DNA of 64,000 nt from Rhynchopus sp. YZ270_cl-10 (GCA_964035575.1 OZ037845.1:1426001-1490000); one strand, 5' to 3'. Counted from the first letter of the stretch, positions 21,901 to 34,469 are shown. Numbers and translations are program-made. The notes: a model not told the origin generated them from the letters alone.

Positions 21901-24546
21901 CTCAAGGCGCAGATCCCGAAGGACGCTGTCGCAATGTACACAAGGTGCAACATGTGGGAGCATGCACACAACGTTGCCAAGGTGCATATGTCCGACCAGC
22001 AGATCTCTGACCTCTACGTCAACCAGGCACGCCAGCTCGAACTCCAAGGAAAGTTCAAGGAAGCGGAGCAGCTGTACCGGAAGATCCAGGACCCCGACCT
22101 CGCGATCCATATGTACAAGAAGGCGAAGAAGTACGACGACATGATCCGTCTTGTCGCACAGTACCGTTCTAAGCATCTGGGCAAGACACACCTTACCTTG
22201 GCACAGCACTCCGAGAAGGAGGGCAACTACAAGCAGGCTGAGTCGTACTACATCCAGGCGAAGGTCGAGCCTGCTCCGGGTGAGGACACTGTGCAGGAGG
22301 GGTGGAAGATGGCGGTGAACATGTACCGCAGTGCGAAGATGTGGGAGGACGCGATCCGTGTTGCCAAGATGCACGGCGGCACTGGAGCCTCGCGCAACGT
22401 GGTGATTGCCTGGGCGTTGGACCTCGGAGGCGAGCAGGGCAGCAAGCTGCTGATCCGCTTCGGCATGGTGGAGCAGGCGATTGAGTACTGCAACAACCGC
22501 TTCCTCTTCGACACTGCCTTCGACCTCGCACAACGTGCCATGCCGAACATGATCCCCCAGGTGCACTTCAAGCACGCACTCTACCTCGAGGACGAAGGCC
22601 ACTTCAAAGAAGCCGAAGAAGAGTTCATCAAAGCCAAGCAGCCCAAGGAGGCCATCGACATGTACATCCACACCCACATGTGGCCCGACGCAATGCGTGT
22701 CGCCAGCGCCTTCAAGCCCTCCTCCATCCCAGATGTCCTCATTGCGGAGGCGAAGTTTGCCTTTGAGCGGCGCGACTTCTCGCAGGCAGAACACTTCCTG
22801 CTTGAGGCGAACGAGCCTGCAATGCTCACGAACCTCTTTAAGGAGGCGGGCATGTACAAGGATGCGAAGCGCATTGCCCAAGAGCATGCCCCACACCTTG
22901 TTGCACAGATCGAACTGGATGAGGGCAAGAAGGCGGCCGACAAATCCCCTGTCGACGCTGCCAAGCACTTCGACGAGGCAGGCGACTACGGCCGTGCTGT
23001 GGAGGAGTACTTCAAGATCACCACGGAGCACGCCTCTGTGGATGTGTGCGTCGACATGTGGACACGCTGCTTCAATCTGTGCCTCAACCACCAACGCGAC
23101 AACCTGCCTCTCGCGAAGAAGCTGCTTGTCGAGAAGCTCATCGAGGCCAACAAACACGAGAACGCGGCATCCCTTCTCGAACTGCTTGAGGACTACCGAG
23201 GGGCGGTTAAGGTGTACGTCCGGGGCAGGCTTTGGCATAAGGCTTTGTCTCTTGCAGGCAATGTGTCGCAGGACTTGGAGCAGTTTGTTCAGGAGGAACG
23301 CCTGCACTGCATGAAACAGGAGGGCGAGGGTGAGGAGATTGAACGCGTCAACCCCGAGGCCGGTCTTGAGTACTACATTGAGAACGGGCAGTGGGAGAAG
23401 GCCATTGTGCTGGCACGCCGCCGCAGCGAAGAGACGCGCACAGAGGTTGCCGCATCCTGGGTGGAGGCGCTCGCAAACGAAGGCAAGTTTGAGGAATGCC
23501 TGGAGGTGATCAGCAAGGACGGCCTCTCCCTGGACTTCCGCTTCTACGCCTCCTACGCCGCCATGTGCAAGGGCCTCATGCCCTACCTCAAGCCAGACGG
23601 ATCACAGGACCTCCTCAGCCTCCGCACTGGGCTCTACAGCTTGGTATGCTTACTTTCCATTCAACACAAATGTTTTAGCTTGACTGCACTAAAATCTGAG
23701 TTTCATCACAACCTTTTTTTACCCATTTCTACCAATATTATCATCTGACAACACCCCCCCTCAGCACGAACAAATGAAGAAGACTGGCCAGCCCCCAGAC
23801 GACCTAGCCATGATGGAGAAGTACCTCCGCATCATCCACCGCTATGCTATGTACCCTGTTATGAAGCAGGATGGGCTTCCGGAGTGTGCGGCTAAGGTAT
23901 GTCAGACGCCACACACAGTACACTACCACACCACCCCCCCGCAGCTGATGGTGACAGTGGCACGCTATGCTGGTATTGTGCCTGCGGACAAGGCGTTCTT
24001 TGATGCAGGGAACGCTGCAAAGGATGTGGGCTGGACGAACACCGCGTTTGTGCTTCTGAACCGCTACCTCGACATCAGTGAACTGCAAGACGACGACGAG
24101 CCTTCAATTGATCAGCTCGACAACGCAGACTTCGTCGAGAGCGATGTGCCCTTCGACTTCGAAGTTCCCAAAGAGCCCTGGGTCGCGCAAGAACCCGCAG
24201 AACAGGCTCGCCAATGGGTCCTCTCCATGAGCGTCGACAACAAACTTGAACAAGTTCTCACCACAGTAAAATGCGGGAAATGCACCTCCTCCAACTGGGA
24301 AGGCTCCATCCGTTGTCACTCCTGCTGGGATGAAGTTGATGAGTGTGTCGTCACCGGGTTCCCTGCCCATAGGAAGATCAACTGTAAATCATGCAGCATG
24401 TCTGCGGTGAAGGTTTGTTCCCTTTATTTTTCAAAATTTTCAAAAAAACAAAAAAAACGCAGGAAGACTGGAACCGGTTTATCTCGAAGAAGCGTCAATG
24501 CCCCTGGTGCAACAGCCAGCAATCCACTATATTCAATGAGTCGTGA
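18964..24546 (+). CDS. IFT172: Intraflagellar transport protein 172 (6 exons)
   Basis: Exons 18964-21576, 21621-21716, 21793-23643, 23765-23896, 23945-24412 and 24463-24546. Motifs include GEKRDKFSTKP, WGEKKSICNKF, WD40 and TPR regions, PADKAFFDAG and AFVLLNRYLD. Confidence 0.95.
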
Positions 24547-24827
24547 AGTCGTGAAGGAGAGCCCAATTACGCAACAAAATGGTGATGTGAGTCTGGGGAG
24601 AACGTACCCCTACCAAAAGAGGCGCATTTTTCCTAACTCATATTTGCGGGAGGTGTCTTTTTTTTAAACAGGTGTCTGTGTACAGCGACGCACTTTCATG
24701 TCTTTTCAAAATAAAATTTTGCAGGTTGGACAAAAAAAAGATCCCTTTTGTACAAAAGAAAAAGAAAAGAAAACGCCGATAAACCCTTTTGTATCGTCCG
24801 TAGAAACCTACATCACACAAAGTTAGA

Positions 24828-24874
24828 CTGTCTTTCCTTATCCCTTTAACAATAACACTGCACGTACTATCACG
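24828..24874 (+). repeat. Short dispersed repeat (second copy 47594-47650)
   Basis: Both copies share TCTTTCCTTATCCCTTTAACA...CACTG..CGTACTATCACGA. Confidence 0.65.
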
Positions 24875-26051
24875 ACCTTTGCAGTGGAAAAGTCCGTCCG
24901 CATCTCGCGAATCTCTTCCGTCCACCACGATAGTGTAAAAAAGATGTGTGCGTCATCGGCACATTTATCTGACAAGTTTTCTTTCTTTTATGAATCTAAT
25001 TTCTTCTTTTTGTTTTTATTTTCAAATATCGGGGTGGGTACAGTTCTGTGAGGGTAAAGCTATTGGTTCTATCAAAAAGGGAGATGAAAGCTCGTGTTTT
25101 TTGTGTTTTTTTTTGCGAGGTTTTTCTTTTGTTTTTTGTGGGGATGGGGAAGGGTTGCACTCCCCGCTCTCTTAGCCTCCACGCAATACCACCCCCCCCG
25201 CTCGGTTCAGTCCACGATCTTTCCCTTTTTAATTTTTTTTTTAAATCTGTTGTTGGAGTCTTCAGTTCGAAGTATTTTCTCTATATTTTTTTTTGTCGTT
25301 TATTTTATGTAGAACACGGACAACGTCCTGAGCGCGACGATAACGATTAGCTAGAGGTGACCAAGCATGATACGTTTAGGGTCATCTTAAAAGCTTTTCA
25401 TTAAAAGGAGTACGGCAACACCTCCAGTGATCTCAGTAGGTTGCAAACTGAAAGAAGTGGCTAAGTTTAACAAAAAAAATGCTACATTTTTTGGTACTTT
25501 TTTTTGTTTAACACTACAGAAACCAAGAGAGAGAGACACACAACACCTTACGTAGAGGGTGTGCCTGAAGCCCCCATCTTACCACCCCGTTCACCCCTTC
25601 ACCCCTCTTTAAAATTACTAAAAACAAGGCCCCCCGTTTCGTGCAGGGACGAAGGAGGTGTCATACACTAATTTAAAAAATAAAATTCTGCACGCAAAGC
25701 CTGCTCTCTCTCCCTGTCTATCTCGCCTTCTGTCTCTCTCCGTTTTCTTCATAATTTTGTGTGTTTTTTCTTTTTCATGTTCGTTTTGTGGTGTTCTCAT
25801 TACTTTTTTGTCTTTTCTTTTTTAACAAAGATGCAACAACCACATAAAGAAATACCATTCCAACACGAGAGCAATATGTCCCCTACCCAAGAAAGTAGTC
25901 ACAAAACTAAACCATAAAAAAGAACGAAATGACACTGGAAACATAAAACAAAGAACTACGTTTTCTTCTTCTTTTCTTTCTTTTCGCACTCTCCCCCTTT
26001 CCGCTAACACCACTTCCACAACAGATATCAAAAATCCACAGTACTGCTAAA

Positions 26052-27560
26052 ATGCTTCGTTCTGCAGTGGTTCTGAGTATGTTCGCAGCAGTGTCTGCAG
26101 GTCCCGTGTGCTGGGACAATGTGGACTGTGGAGTGAACGAGTGGTGCCGCCCTGTCCGCTACGGGACGGACTACTGCTTCTCGTACTACAAGAAGTGCAC
26201 CCCGAAGCGTGACATCGGTGAAACCTGCAGCGCTGGCACGAACTGCCGTGACGAGCTCTGCAAAGACGGCCTCACCTGCGAGAAGGGCGTCTGCACCGCA
26301 CCCAAGCCCGCAACCTGCACTCTGAAGTGCGGCACTGTCGTCCCTGTCGGATGGGGTGGAAACGACGAGGGTTCCAACGCCTGCAACACCTGTGGCTGCC
26401 TTGAGGGTGGACTTCTTCGCTGCACTATGATTGCATGCCCTGCCCTTCCGTGCCCGAAGCCTGAGCCCAAAACCTGCACCCTGAAGTGCGGCACCGTTGT
26501 CCCTGCTGGCTGGGGTGGAAACGACGAGGGCTCCAACGCCTGCAACACATGTGGCTGCACTGACAGTGGAAGCCTCATCTGCACACAGATTGCGTGCCTG
26601 GACGCACCATGCCCGCCGAAGAAGTCCTGTGAGCTTCAGTGCGGAACTGTTGTTGCTGACGGATGGACTGGAAAGGACGAGGGCACCAACGACTGCAACA
26701 CCTGCACTTGCACTGACGGCGCTCTCGCATGCACCAAGATCGGATGCATTGACAGCAAGGAGTGCCCGAAGCCCGAGCCCACCACCTGCACCCTTGGATG
26801 TGGCACTGTTGTCCCTGTCGGATGGGGTGGACACGACGAGGGTGACAACGCCTGCAACACCTGTGGCTGCCTTGAGAACGGTCTCCTCCGTTGCACTCTC
26901 ATTGCGTGCCCTAAGCTTCCGTGCCCGAAGCCTGAGCCCGAGACCTGCACTCTGAAGTGCGGCACCGTTGTCCCTGTCGGATGGGGTGGAAAGGACGAGG
27001 GCTCCAACGCCTGCAACTCCTGTGGCTGCCTTGAGGGTGGAGTTCTTCGCTGCACGGAGATTGCGTGCCTGGACACACCGTGCCCGGCAAAGAAGTCCTG
27101 CGAGCTTCAGTGCGGAACTGTTGTTGCTGACGGATGGACTGGAAAGGACGAGGGCACCAACGACTGCAACACCTGCTCCTGCAGTGATGGAGCTCTCAGC
27201 TGCACGGAAATTGGTTGCATTGACAGCAAGGAGTGCCCGAAGCCCGAGCCCACCACCTGCACCCTTGGATGTGGCACTGTTGTCCCTGTCGGATGGGGTG
27301 GACACGACGAGGGTGACAACGCCTGCAACTCCTGTGGCTGCCTTGAGAACGGTCTCCTCCGTTGCACTCAGATTGCGTGCCCGAAGCTTCCGTGCCCGAA
27401 GCCTGAGCCCGAGACCTGCACCCTGAAGTGCGGTACCGTTGTCCCTGTCGGATGGGGTGGAAAGGACGAGTGTTCCAACGCCTGCAACTCCTGTGGCTGC
27501 CTTGAGGGTGGAGTTCTTCGCTGCACGCAGCAGGCGTGCGTCAACGTCCCTTCCCTGTAG
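26052..27560 (+). CDS. Secreted Cys-rich protein with 8 pacifastin-like modules, copy 1
   Basis: Signal peptide MLRSAVVLSMFAAVSA, an N-terminal Cys domain, then 8 modules of C..CNxCxCxxGxxxCTxxxC. Confidence 0.85.
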   Translation: MLRSAVVLSMFAAVSAGPVCWDNVDCGVNEWCRPVRYGTDYCFSYYKKCTPKRDIGETCSAGTNCRDELCKDGLTCEKGVCTAPKPATCTLKCGTVVPVGWGGNDEGSNACNTCGCLEGGLLRCTMIACPALPCPKPEPKTCTLKCGTVVPAGWGGNDEGSNACNTCGCTDSGSLICTQIACLDAPCPPKKSCELQCGTVVADGWTGKDEGTNDCNTCTCTDGALACTKIGCIDSKECPKPEPTTCTLGCGTVVPVGWGGHDEGDNACNTCGCLENGLLRCTLIACPKLPCPKPEPETCTLKCGTVVPVGWGGKDEGSNACNSCGCLEGGVLRCTEIACLDTPCPAKKSCELQCGTVVADGWTGKDEGTNDCNTCSCSDGALSCTEIGCIDSKECPKPEPTTCTLGCGTVVPVGWGGHDEGDNACNSCGCLENGLLRCTQIACPKLPCPKPEPETCTLKCGTVVPVGWGGKDECSNACNSCGCLEGGVLRCTQQACVNVPSL

Positions 27561-28354
27561 ATGTAGAGGCGGCAACAGACGTTGAGGGGACACTGCTGGG
27601 AGCACAGTTGCATAATCCTTGCTAGTCTTCAAACGTACCTTATTTTGAAGTGTGTACACCATTCGCATTCAACGTTTCTTATTCTTTACAGATGTGTGCA
27701 CAAGTGGCGCATTCATCTTTTCAAGCTTTCTTCGATGCCCTGCATCTGCCCTGCAGGCTTTTTTGCATTCATTTTTTTAACTCTCAAAAGCGTCTTTTGT
27801 CGCATTTGATGTGTATGCCCCCCCTTTTCCTAGGTCAATGGGCTGCCACCAAGGCAGCACATTGTGCCTGTTGCTAAAGCGACACCAAGCAGCGAACACA
27901 TGACGCGAGAAGGCATTATGGCTATGTGTGTAATCTATTACCGCTCCTAATGTTGGCTCATCTTCGCTGTTCTTTTTTTTTTAACCTTGATTTTGTTCAT
28001 GTTTTTTTATCCAAACCCCCTTTTTTGTGCCTATGTGTTTACTTGGAGTTGTATCGCAAGGTAGTCTTTCAGAGGTTCTTTTACCTGAAACTGCTTCCCG
28101 CTCCTGTGCCGCTACTCAAGACGTCTGACGAGAAATCTTTCTTGCGCCAACGTCTTATTCTTATGGTGCGCACAACAACACTCCCTTGTTTTGGATTTTT
28201 TGATTTTTTTGGTCAACACAAAAGTAACTAAATGACACTGGAAACATAAAACAAAGAACTACGTTTTCTTCTTCTTTTCTTTCTTTTCGCACTCTCCCCC
28301 TTTCCGCTAACACCACTTCCACAACAGATATCAAAAATCCACAGTACTGCTGAA

Positions 28355-29863
28355 ATGCTTCGTTCTGCAGTGGTTCTGAGTATGTTCGCAGCAGTGTCTG
28401 CAGGTCCCGTGTGCTGGGACAATGTGGACTGTGGAGTGAACGAGTGGTGCCGCCCTGTCCGCTACGGGACGGACTACTGCTTCTCGTACTACAAGAAGTG
28501 CACCCCGAAGCGTGACATCGGTGAAACCTGCAGCGCTGGCACGAACTGCCGTGACGAGCTCTGCAAAGACGGCCTCACCTGCGAGAAGGGCGTCTGCACC
28601 GCACCCAAGCCCGCAACCTGCACTCTGAAGTGCGGCACTGTCGTCCCTGTCGGATGGGGTGGAAACGACGAGGGTTCCAACGCCTGCAACACCTGTGGCT
28701 GCCTTGAGGGTGGACTTCTTCGCTGCACTATGATTGCATGCCCTGCCCTTCCGTGCCCGAAGCCTGAGCCCAAAACCTGCACCCTGAAGTGCGGCACCGT
28801 TGTCCCTGCTGGCTGGGGTGGAAACGACGAGGGCTCCAACGCCTGCAACACATGTGGCTGCACTGACAGTGGAAGCCTCATCTGCACACAGATTGCGTGC
28901 CTGGACGCACCATGCCCGCCGAAGAAGTCCTGTGAGCTTCAGTGCGGAACTGTTGTTGCTGACGGATGGACTGGAAAGGACGAGGGCACCAACGACTGCA
29001 ACACCTGCACTTGCACTGACGGCGCTCTCGCATGCACCAAGATCGGATGCATTGACAGCAAGGAGTGCCCGAAGCCCGAGCCCACCACCTGCACCCTTGG
29101 ATGTGGCACTGTTGTCCCTGTCGGATGGGGTGGACACGACGAGGGTGACAACGCCTGCAACACCTGTGGCTGCCTTGAGAACGGTCTCCTCCGTTGCACT
29201 CTCATTGCGTGCCCTAAGCTTCCGTGCCCGAAGCCTGAGCCCGAGACCTGCACTCTGAAGTGCGGCACCGTTGTCCCTGTCGGATGGGGTGGAAAGGACG
29301 AGGGCTCCAACGCCTGCAACTCCTGTGGCTGCCTTGAGGGTGGAGTTCTTCGCTGCACGGAGATTGCGTGCCTGGACACACCGTGCCCGGCAAAGAAGTC
29401 CTGCGAGCTTCAGTGCGGAACTGTTGTTGCTGACGGATGGACTGGAAAGGACGAGGGCACCAACGACTGCAACACCTGCTCCTGCAGTGATGGAGCTCTC
29501 AGCTGCACGGAAATTGGTTGCATTGACAGCAAGGAGTGCCCGAAGCCCGAGCCCACCACCTGCACCCTTGGATGTGGCACTGTTGTCCCTGTCGGATGGG
29601 GTGGACACGACGAGGGTGACAACGCCTGCAACTCCTGTGGCTGCCTTGAGAACGGTCTCCTCCGTTGCACTCAGATTGCGTGCCCGAAGCTTCCGTGCCC
29701 GAAGCCTGAGCCCGAGACCTGCACCCTGAAGTGCGGTACCGTTGTCCCTGTCGGATGGGGTGGAAAGGACGAGTGTTCCAACGCCTGCAACTCCTGTGGC
29801 TGCCTTGAGGGTGGAGTTCTTCGCTGCACGCAGCAGGCGTGCGTCAACGTCCCTTCCCTGTAG
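28355..29863 (+). CDS. Pacifastin-like protein, copy 2
   Basis: Translation identical to copy 1. Confidence 0.85.
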   Translation: MLRSAVVLSMFAAVSAGPVCWDNVDCGVNEWCRPVRYGTDYCFSYYKKCTPKRDIGETCSAGTNCRDELCKDGLTCEKGVCTAPKPATCTLKCGTVVPVGWGGNDEGSNACNTCGCLEGGLLRCTMIACPALPCPKPEPKTCTLKCGTVVPAGWGGNDEGSNACNTCGCTDSGSLICTQIACLDAPCPPKKSCELQCGTVVADGWTGKDEGTNDCNTCTCTDGALACTKIGCIDSKECPKPEPTTCTLGCGTVVPVGWGGHDEGDNACNTCGCLENGLLRCTLIACPKLPCPKPEPETCTLKCGTVVPVGWGGKDEGSNACNSCGCLEGGVLRCTEIACLDTPCPAKKSCELQCGTVVADGWTGKDEGTNDCNTCSCSDGALSCTEIGCIDSKECPKPEPTTCTLGCGTVVPVGWGGHDEGDNACNSCGCLENGLLRCTQIACPKLPCPKPEPETCTLKCGTVVPVGWGGKDECSNACNSCGCLEGGVLRCTQQACVNVPSL

Positions 29864-30657
29864 ATGTAGAGGCGGCAACAGACGTTGAGGGGACACTGCT
29901 GGGAGCACAGTTGCATAATCCTTGCTAGTCTTCAAACGTACCTTATTTTGAAGTGTGTACACCATTCGCATTCAACGTTTCTTATTCTTTACAGATGTGT
30001 GCACAAGTGGCGCATTCATCTTTTCAAGCTTTCTTCGATGCCCTGCATCTGCCCTGCAGGCTTTTTTGCATTCATTTTTTTAACTCTCAAAAGCGTCTTT
30101 TGTCGCATTTGATGTGTATGCCCCCCCTTTTCCTAGGTCAATGGGCTGCCACCAAGGCAGCACATTGTGCCTGTTGCTAAAGCGACACCAAGCAGCGAAC
30201 ACATGACGCGAGAAGGCATTATGGCTATGTGTGTAATCTATTACCGCTCCTAATGTTGGCTCATCTTCGCTGTTCTTTTTTTTTTAACCTTGATTTTGTT
30301 CATGTTTTTTTATCCAAACCCCCTTTTTTGTGCCTATGTGTTTACTTGGAGTTGTATCGCAAGGTAGTCTTTCAGAGGTTCTTTTACCTGAAACTGCTTC
30401 CCGCTCCTGTGCCGCTACTCAAGACGTCTGACGAGAAATCTTTCTTGCGCCAACGTCTTATTCTTATGGTGCGCACAACAACACTCCCTTGTTTTGGATT
30501 TTTTGATTTTTTTGGTCAACACAAAAGTAACTAAATGACACTGGAAACATAAAACAAAGAACTACGTTTTCTTCTTCTTTTCTTTCTTTTCGCACTCTCC
30601 CCCTTTCCGCTAACACCACTTCCACAACAGATATCAAAAATCCACAGTACTGCTGAA

Positions 30658-32166
30658 ATGCTTCGTTCTGCAGTGGTTCTGAGTATGTTCGCAGCAGTGT
30701 CTGCAGGTCCCGTGTGCTGGGACAATGTGGACTGTGGAGTGAACGAGTGGTGCCGCCCTGTCCGCTACGGGACGGACTACTGCTTCTCGTACTACAAGAA
30801 GTGCACCCCGAAGCGTGACATCGGTGAAACCTGCAGCGCTGGCACGAACTGCCGTGACGAGCTCTGCAAAGACGGCCTCACCTGCGAGAAGGGCGTCTGC
30901 ACCGCACCCAAGCCCGCAACCTGCACTCTGAAGTGCGGCACTGTCGTCCCTGTCGGATGGGGTGGAAACGACGAGGGTTCCAACGCCTGCAACACCTGTG
31001 GCTGCCTTGAGGGTGGACTTCTTCGCTGCACTATGATTGCATGCCCTGCCCTTCCGTGCCCGAAGCCTGAGCCCAAAACCTGCACCCTGAAGTGCGGCAC
31101 CGTTGTCCCTGCTGGCTGGGGTGGAAACGACGAGGGCTCCAACGCCTGCAACACATGTGGCTGCACTGACAGTGGAAGCCTCATCTGCACACAGATTGCG
31201 TGCCTGGACGCACCATGCCCGCCGAAGAAGTCCTGTGAGCTTCAGTGCGGAACTGTTGTTGCTGACGGATGGACTGGAAAGGACGAGGGCACCAACGACT
31301 GCAACACCTGCACTTGCACTGACGGCGCTCTCGCATGCACCAAGATCGGATGCATTGACAGCAAGGAGTGCCCGAAGCCCGAGCCCACCACCTGCACCCT
31401 TGGATGTGGCACTGTTGTCCCTGTCGGATGGGGTGGACACGACGAGGGTGACAACGCCTGCAACACCTGTGGCTGCCTTGAGAACGGTCTCCTCCGTTGC
31501 ACTCTCATTGCGTGCCCTAAGCTTCCGTGCCCGAAGCCTGAGCCCGAGACCTGCACTCTGAAGTGCGGCACCGTTGTCCCTGTCGGATGGGGTGGAAAGG
31601 ACGAGGGCTCCAACGCCTGCAACTCCTGTGGCTGCCTTGAGGGTGGAGTTCTTCGCTGCACGGAGATTGCGTGCCTGGACACACCGTGCCCGGCAAAGAA
31701 GTCCTGCGAGCTTCAGTGCGGAACTGTTGTTGCTGACGGATGGACTGGAAAGGACGAGGGCACCAACGACTGCAACACCTGCTCCTGCAGTGATGGAGCT
31801 CTCAGCTGCACGGAAATTGGTTGCATTGACAGCAAGGAGTGCCCGAAGCCCGAGCCCACCACCTGCACCCTTGGATGTGGCACTGTTGTCCCTGTCGGAT
31901 GGGGTGGACACGACGAGGGTGACAACGCCTGCAACTCCTGTGGCTGCCTTGAGAACGGTCTCCTCCGTTGCACTCAGATTGCGTGCCCGAAGCTTCCGTG
32001 CCCGAAGCCTGAGCCCGAGACCTGCACCCTGAAGTGCGGTACCGTTGTCCCTGTCGGATGGGGTGGAAAGGACGAGTGTTCCAACGCCTGCAACTCCTGT
32101 GGCTGCCTTGAGGGTGGAGTTCTTCGCTGCACGCAGCAGGCGTGCGTCAACGTCCCTTCCCTGTAG
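30658..32166 (+). CDS. Pacifastin-like protein, copy 3
   Basis: Translation identical to copy 1. Confidence 0.85.
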   Translation: MLRSAVVLSMFAAVSAGPVCWDNVDCGVNEWCRPVRYGTDYCFSYYKKCTPKRDIGETCSAGTNCRDELCKDGLTCEKGVCTAPKPATCTLKCGTVVPVGWGGNDEGSNACNTCGCLEGGLLRCTMIACPALPCPKPEPKTCTLKCGTVVPAGWGGNDEGSNACNTCGCTDSGSLICTQIACLDAPCPPKKSCELQCGTVVADGWTGKDEGTNDCNTCTCTDGALACTKIGCIDSKECPKPEPTTCTLGCGTVVPVGWGGHDEGDNACNTCGCLENGLLRCTLIACPKLPCPKPEPETCTLKCGTVVPVGWGGKDEGSNACNSCGCLEGGVLRCTEIACLDTPCPAKKSCELQCGTVVADGWTGKDEGTNDCNTCSCSDGALSCTEIGCIDSKECPKPEPTTCTLGCGTVVPVGWGGHDEGDNACNSCGCLENGLLRCTQIACPKLPCPKPEPETCTLKCGTVVPVGWGGKDECSNACNSCGCLEGGVLRCTQQACVNVPSL

Positions 32167-32960
32167 ATGTAGAGGCGGCAACAGACGTTGAGGGGACACT
32201 GCTGGGAGCACAGTTGCATAATCCTTGCTAGTCTTCAAACGTACCTTATTTTGAAGTGTGTACACCATTCGCATTCAACGTTTCTTATTCTTTACAGATG
32301 TGTGCACAAGTGGCGCATTCATCTTTTCAAGCTTTCTTCGATGCCCTGCATCTGCCCTGCAGGCTTTTTTGCATTCATTTTTTTAACTCTCAAAAGCGTC
32401 TTTTGTCGCATTTGATGTGTATGCCCCCCCTTTTCCTAGGTCAATGGGCTGCCACCAAGGCAGCACATTGTGCCTGTTGCTAAAGCGACACCAAGCAGCG
32501 AACACATGACGCGAGAAGGCATTATGGCTATGTGTGTAATCTATTACCGCTCCTAATGTTGGCTCATCTTCGCTGTTCTTTTTTTTTTAACCTTGATTTT
32601 GTTCATGTTTTTTTATCCAAACCCCCTTTTTTGTGCCTATGTGTTTACTTGGAGTTGTATCGCAAGGTAGTCTTTCAGAGGTTCTTTTACCTGAAACTGC
32701 TTCCCGCTCCTGTGCCGCTACTCAAGACGTCTGACGAGAAATCTTTCTTGCGCCAACGTCTTATTCTTATGGTGCGCACAACAACACTCCCTTGTTTTGG
32801 ATTTTTTGATTTTTTTGGTCAACACAAAAGTAACTAAATGACACTGGAAACATAAAACAAAGAACTACGTTTTCTTCTTCTTTTCTTTCTTTTCGCACTC
32901 TCCCCCTTTCCGCTAACACCACTTCCACAACAGATATCAAAAATCCACAGTACTGCTGAA

Positions 32961-34469
32961 ATGCTTCGTTCTGCAGTGGTTCTGAGTATGTTCGCAGCAG
33001 TGTCTGCAGGTCCCGTGTGCTGGGACAATGTGGACTGTGGAGTGAACGAGTGGTGCCGCCCTGTCCGCTACGGGACGGACTACTGCTTCTCGTACTACAA
33101 GAAGTGCACCCCGAAGCGTGACATCGGTGAAACCTGCAGCGCTGGCACGAACTGCCGTGACGAGCTCTGCAAAGACGGCCTCACCTGCGAGAAGGGCGTC
33201 TGCACCGCACCCAAGCCCGCAACCTGCACTCTGAAGTGCGGCACTGTCGTCCCTGTCGGATGGGGTGGAAACGACGAGGGTTCCAACGCCTGCAACACCT
33301 GTGGCTGCCTTGAGGGTGGACTTCTTCGCTGCACTATGATTGCATGCCCTGCCCTTCCGTGCCCGAAGCCTGAGCCCAAAACCTGCACCCTGAAGTGCGG
33401 CACCGTTGTCCCTGCTGGCTGGGGTGGAAACGACGAGGGCTCCAACGCCTGCAACACATGTGGCTGCACTGACAGTGGAAGCCTCATCTGCACACAGATT
33501 GCGTGCCTGGACGCACCATGCCCGCCGAAGAAGTCCTGTGAGCTTCAGTGCGGAACTGTTGTTGCTGACGGATGGACTGGAAAGGACGAGGGCACCAACG
33601 ACTGCAACACCTGCACTTGCACTGACGGCGCTCTCGCATGCACCAAGATCGGATGCATTGACAGCAAGGAGTGCCCGAAGCCCGAGCCCACCACCTGCAC
33701 CCTTGGATGTGGCACTGTTGTCCCTGTCGGATGGGGTGGACACGACGAGGGTGACAACGCCTGCAACACCTGTGGCTGCCTTGAGAACGGTCTCCTCCGT
33801 TGCACTCTCATTGCGTGCCCTAAGCTTCCGTGCCCGAAGCCTGAGCCCGAGACCTGCACTCTGAAGTGCGGCACCGTTGTCCCTGTCGGATGGGGTGGAA
33901 AGGACGAGGGCTCCAACGCCTGCAACTCCTGTGGCTGCCTTGAGGGTGGAGTTCTTCGCTGCACGGAGATTGCGTGCCTGGACACACCGTGCCCGGCAAA
34001 GAAGTCCTGCGAGCTTCAGTGCGGAACTGTTGTTGCTGACGGATGGACTGGAAAGGACGAGGGCACCAACGACTGCAACACCTGCTCCTGCAGTGATGGA
34101 GCTCTCAGCTGCACGGAAATTGGTTGCATTGACAGCAAGGAGTGCCCGAAGCCCGAGCCCACCACCTGCACCCTTGGATGTGGCACTGTTGTCCCTGTCG
34201 GATGGGGTGGACACGACGAGGGTGACAACGCCTGCAACTCCTGTGGCTGCCTTGAGAACGGTCTCCTCCGTTGCACTCAGATTGCGTGCCCGAAGCTTCC
34301 GTGCCCGAAGCCTGAGCCCGAGACCTGCACCCTGAAGTGCGGTACCGTTGTCCCTGTCGGATGGGGTGGAAAGGACGAGTGTTCCAACGCCTGCAACTCC
34401 TGTGGCTGCCTTGAGGGTGGAGTTCTTCGCTGCACGCAGCAGGCGTGCGTCAACGTCCCTTCCCTGTAG
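32961..34469 (+). CDS. Pacifastin-like protein, copy 4
   Basis: Translation identical to copy 1. Confidence 0.85.
   Translation: MLRSAVVLSMFAAVSAGPVCWDNVDCGVNEWCRPVRYGTDYCFSYYKKCTPKRDIGETCSAGTNCRDELCKDGLTCEKGVCTAPKPATCTLKCGTVVPVGWGGNDEGSNACNTCGCLEGGLLRCTMIACPALPCPKPEPKTCTLKCGTVVPAGWGGNDEGSNACNTCGCTDSGSLICTQIACLDAPCPPKKSCELQCGTVVADGWTGKDEGTNDCNTCTCTDGALACTKIGCIDSKECPKPEPTTCTLGCGTVVPVGWGGHDEGDNACNTCGCLENGLLRCTLIACPKLPCPKPEPETCTLKCGTVVPVGWGGKDEGSNACNSCGCLEGGVLRCTEIACLDTPCPAKKSCELQCGTVVADGWTGKDEGTNDCNTCSCSDGALSCTEIGCIDSKECPKPEPTTCTLGCGTVVPVGWGGHDEGDNACNSCGCLENGLLRCTQIACPKLPCPKPEPETCTLKCGTVVPVGWGGKDECSNACNSCGCLEGGVLRCTQQACVNVPSL

Noticed and set aside
20302..23307. Long minus-strand ORFs (391 and 508 aa) over IFT172, and similar ones over the Rh genes
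   Set aside because: Expected from GC3-rich codon usage on the + strand, with no recognisable motifs.
26028..27668. 546-aa minus-strand ORF, repeated in each array unit
   Set aside because: Antisense shadow of the repetitive, codon-biased Cys-rich gene. Low-complexity translation, and it runs against the strand of all real genes.
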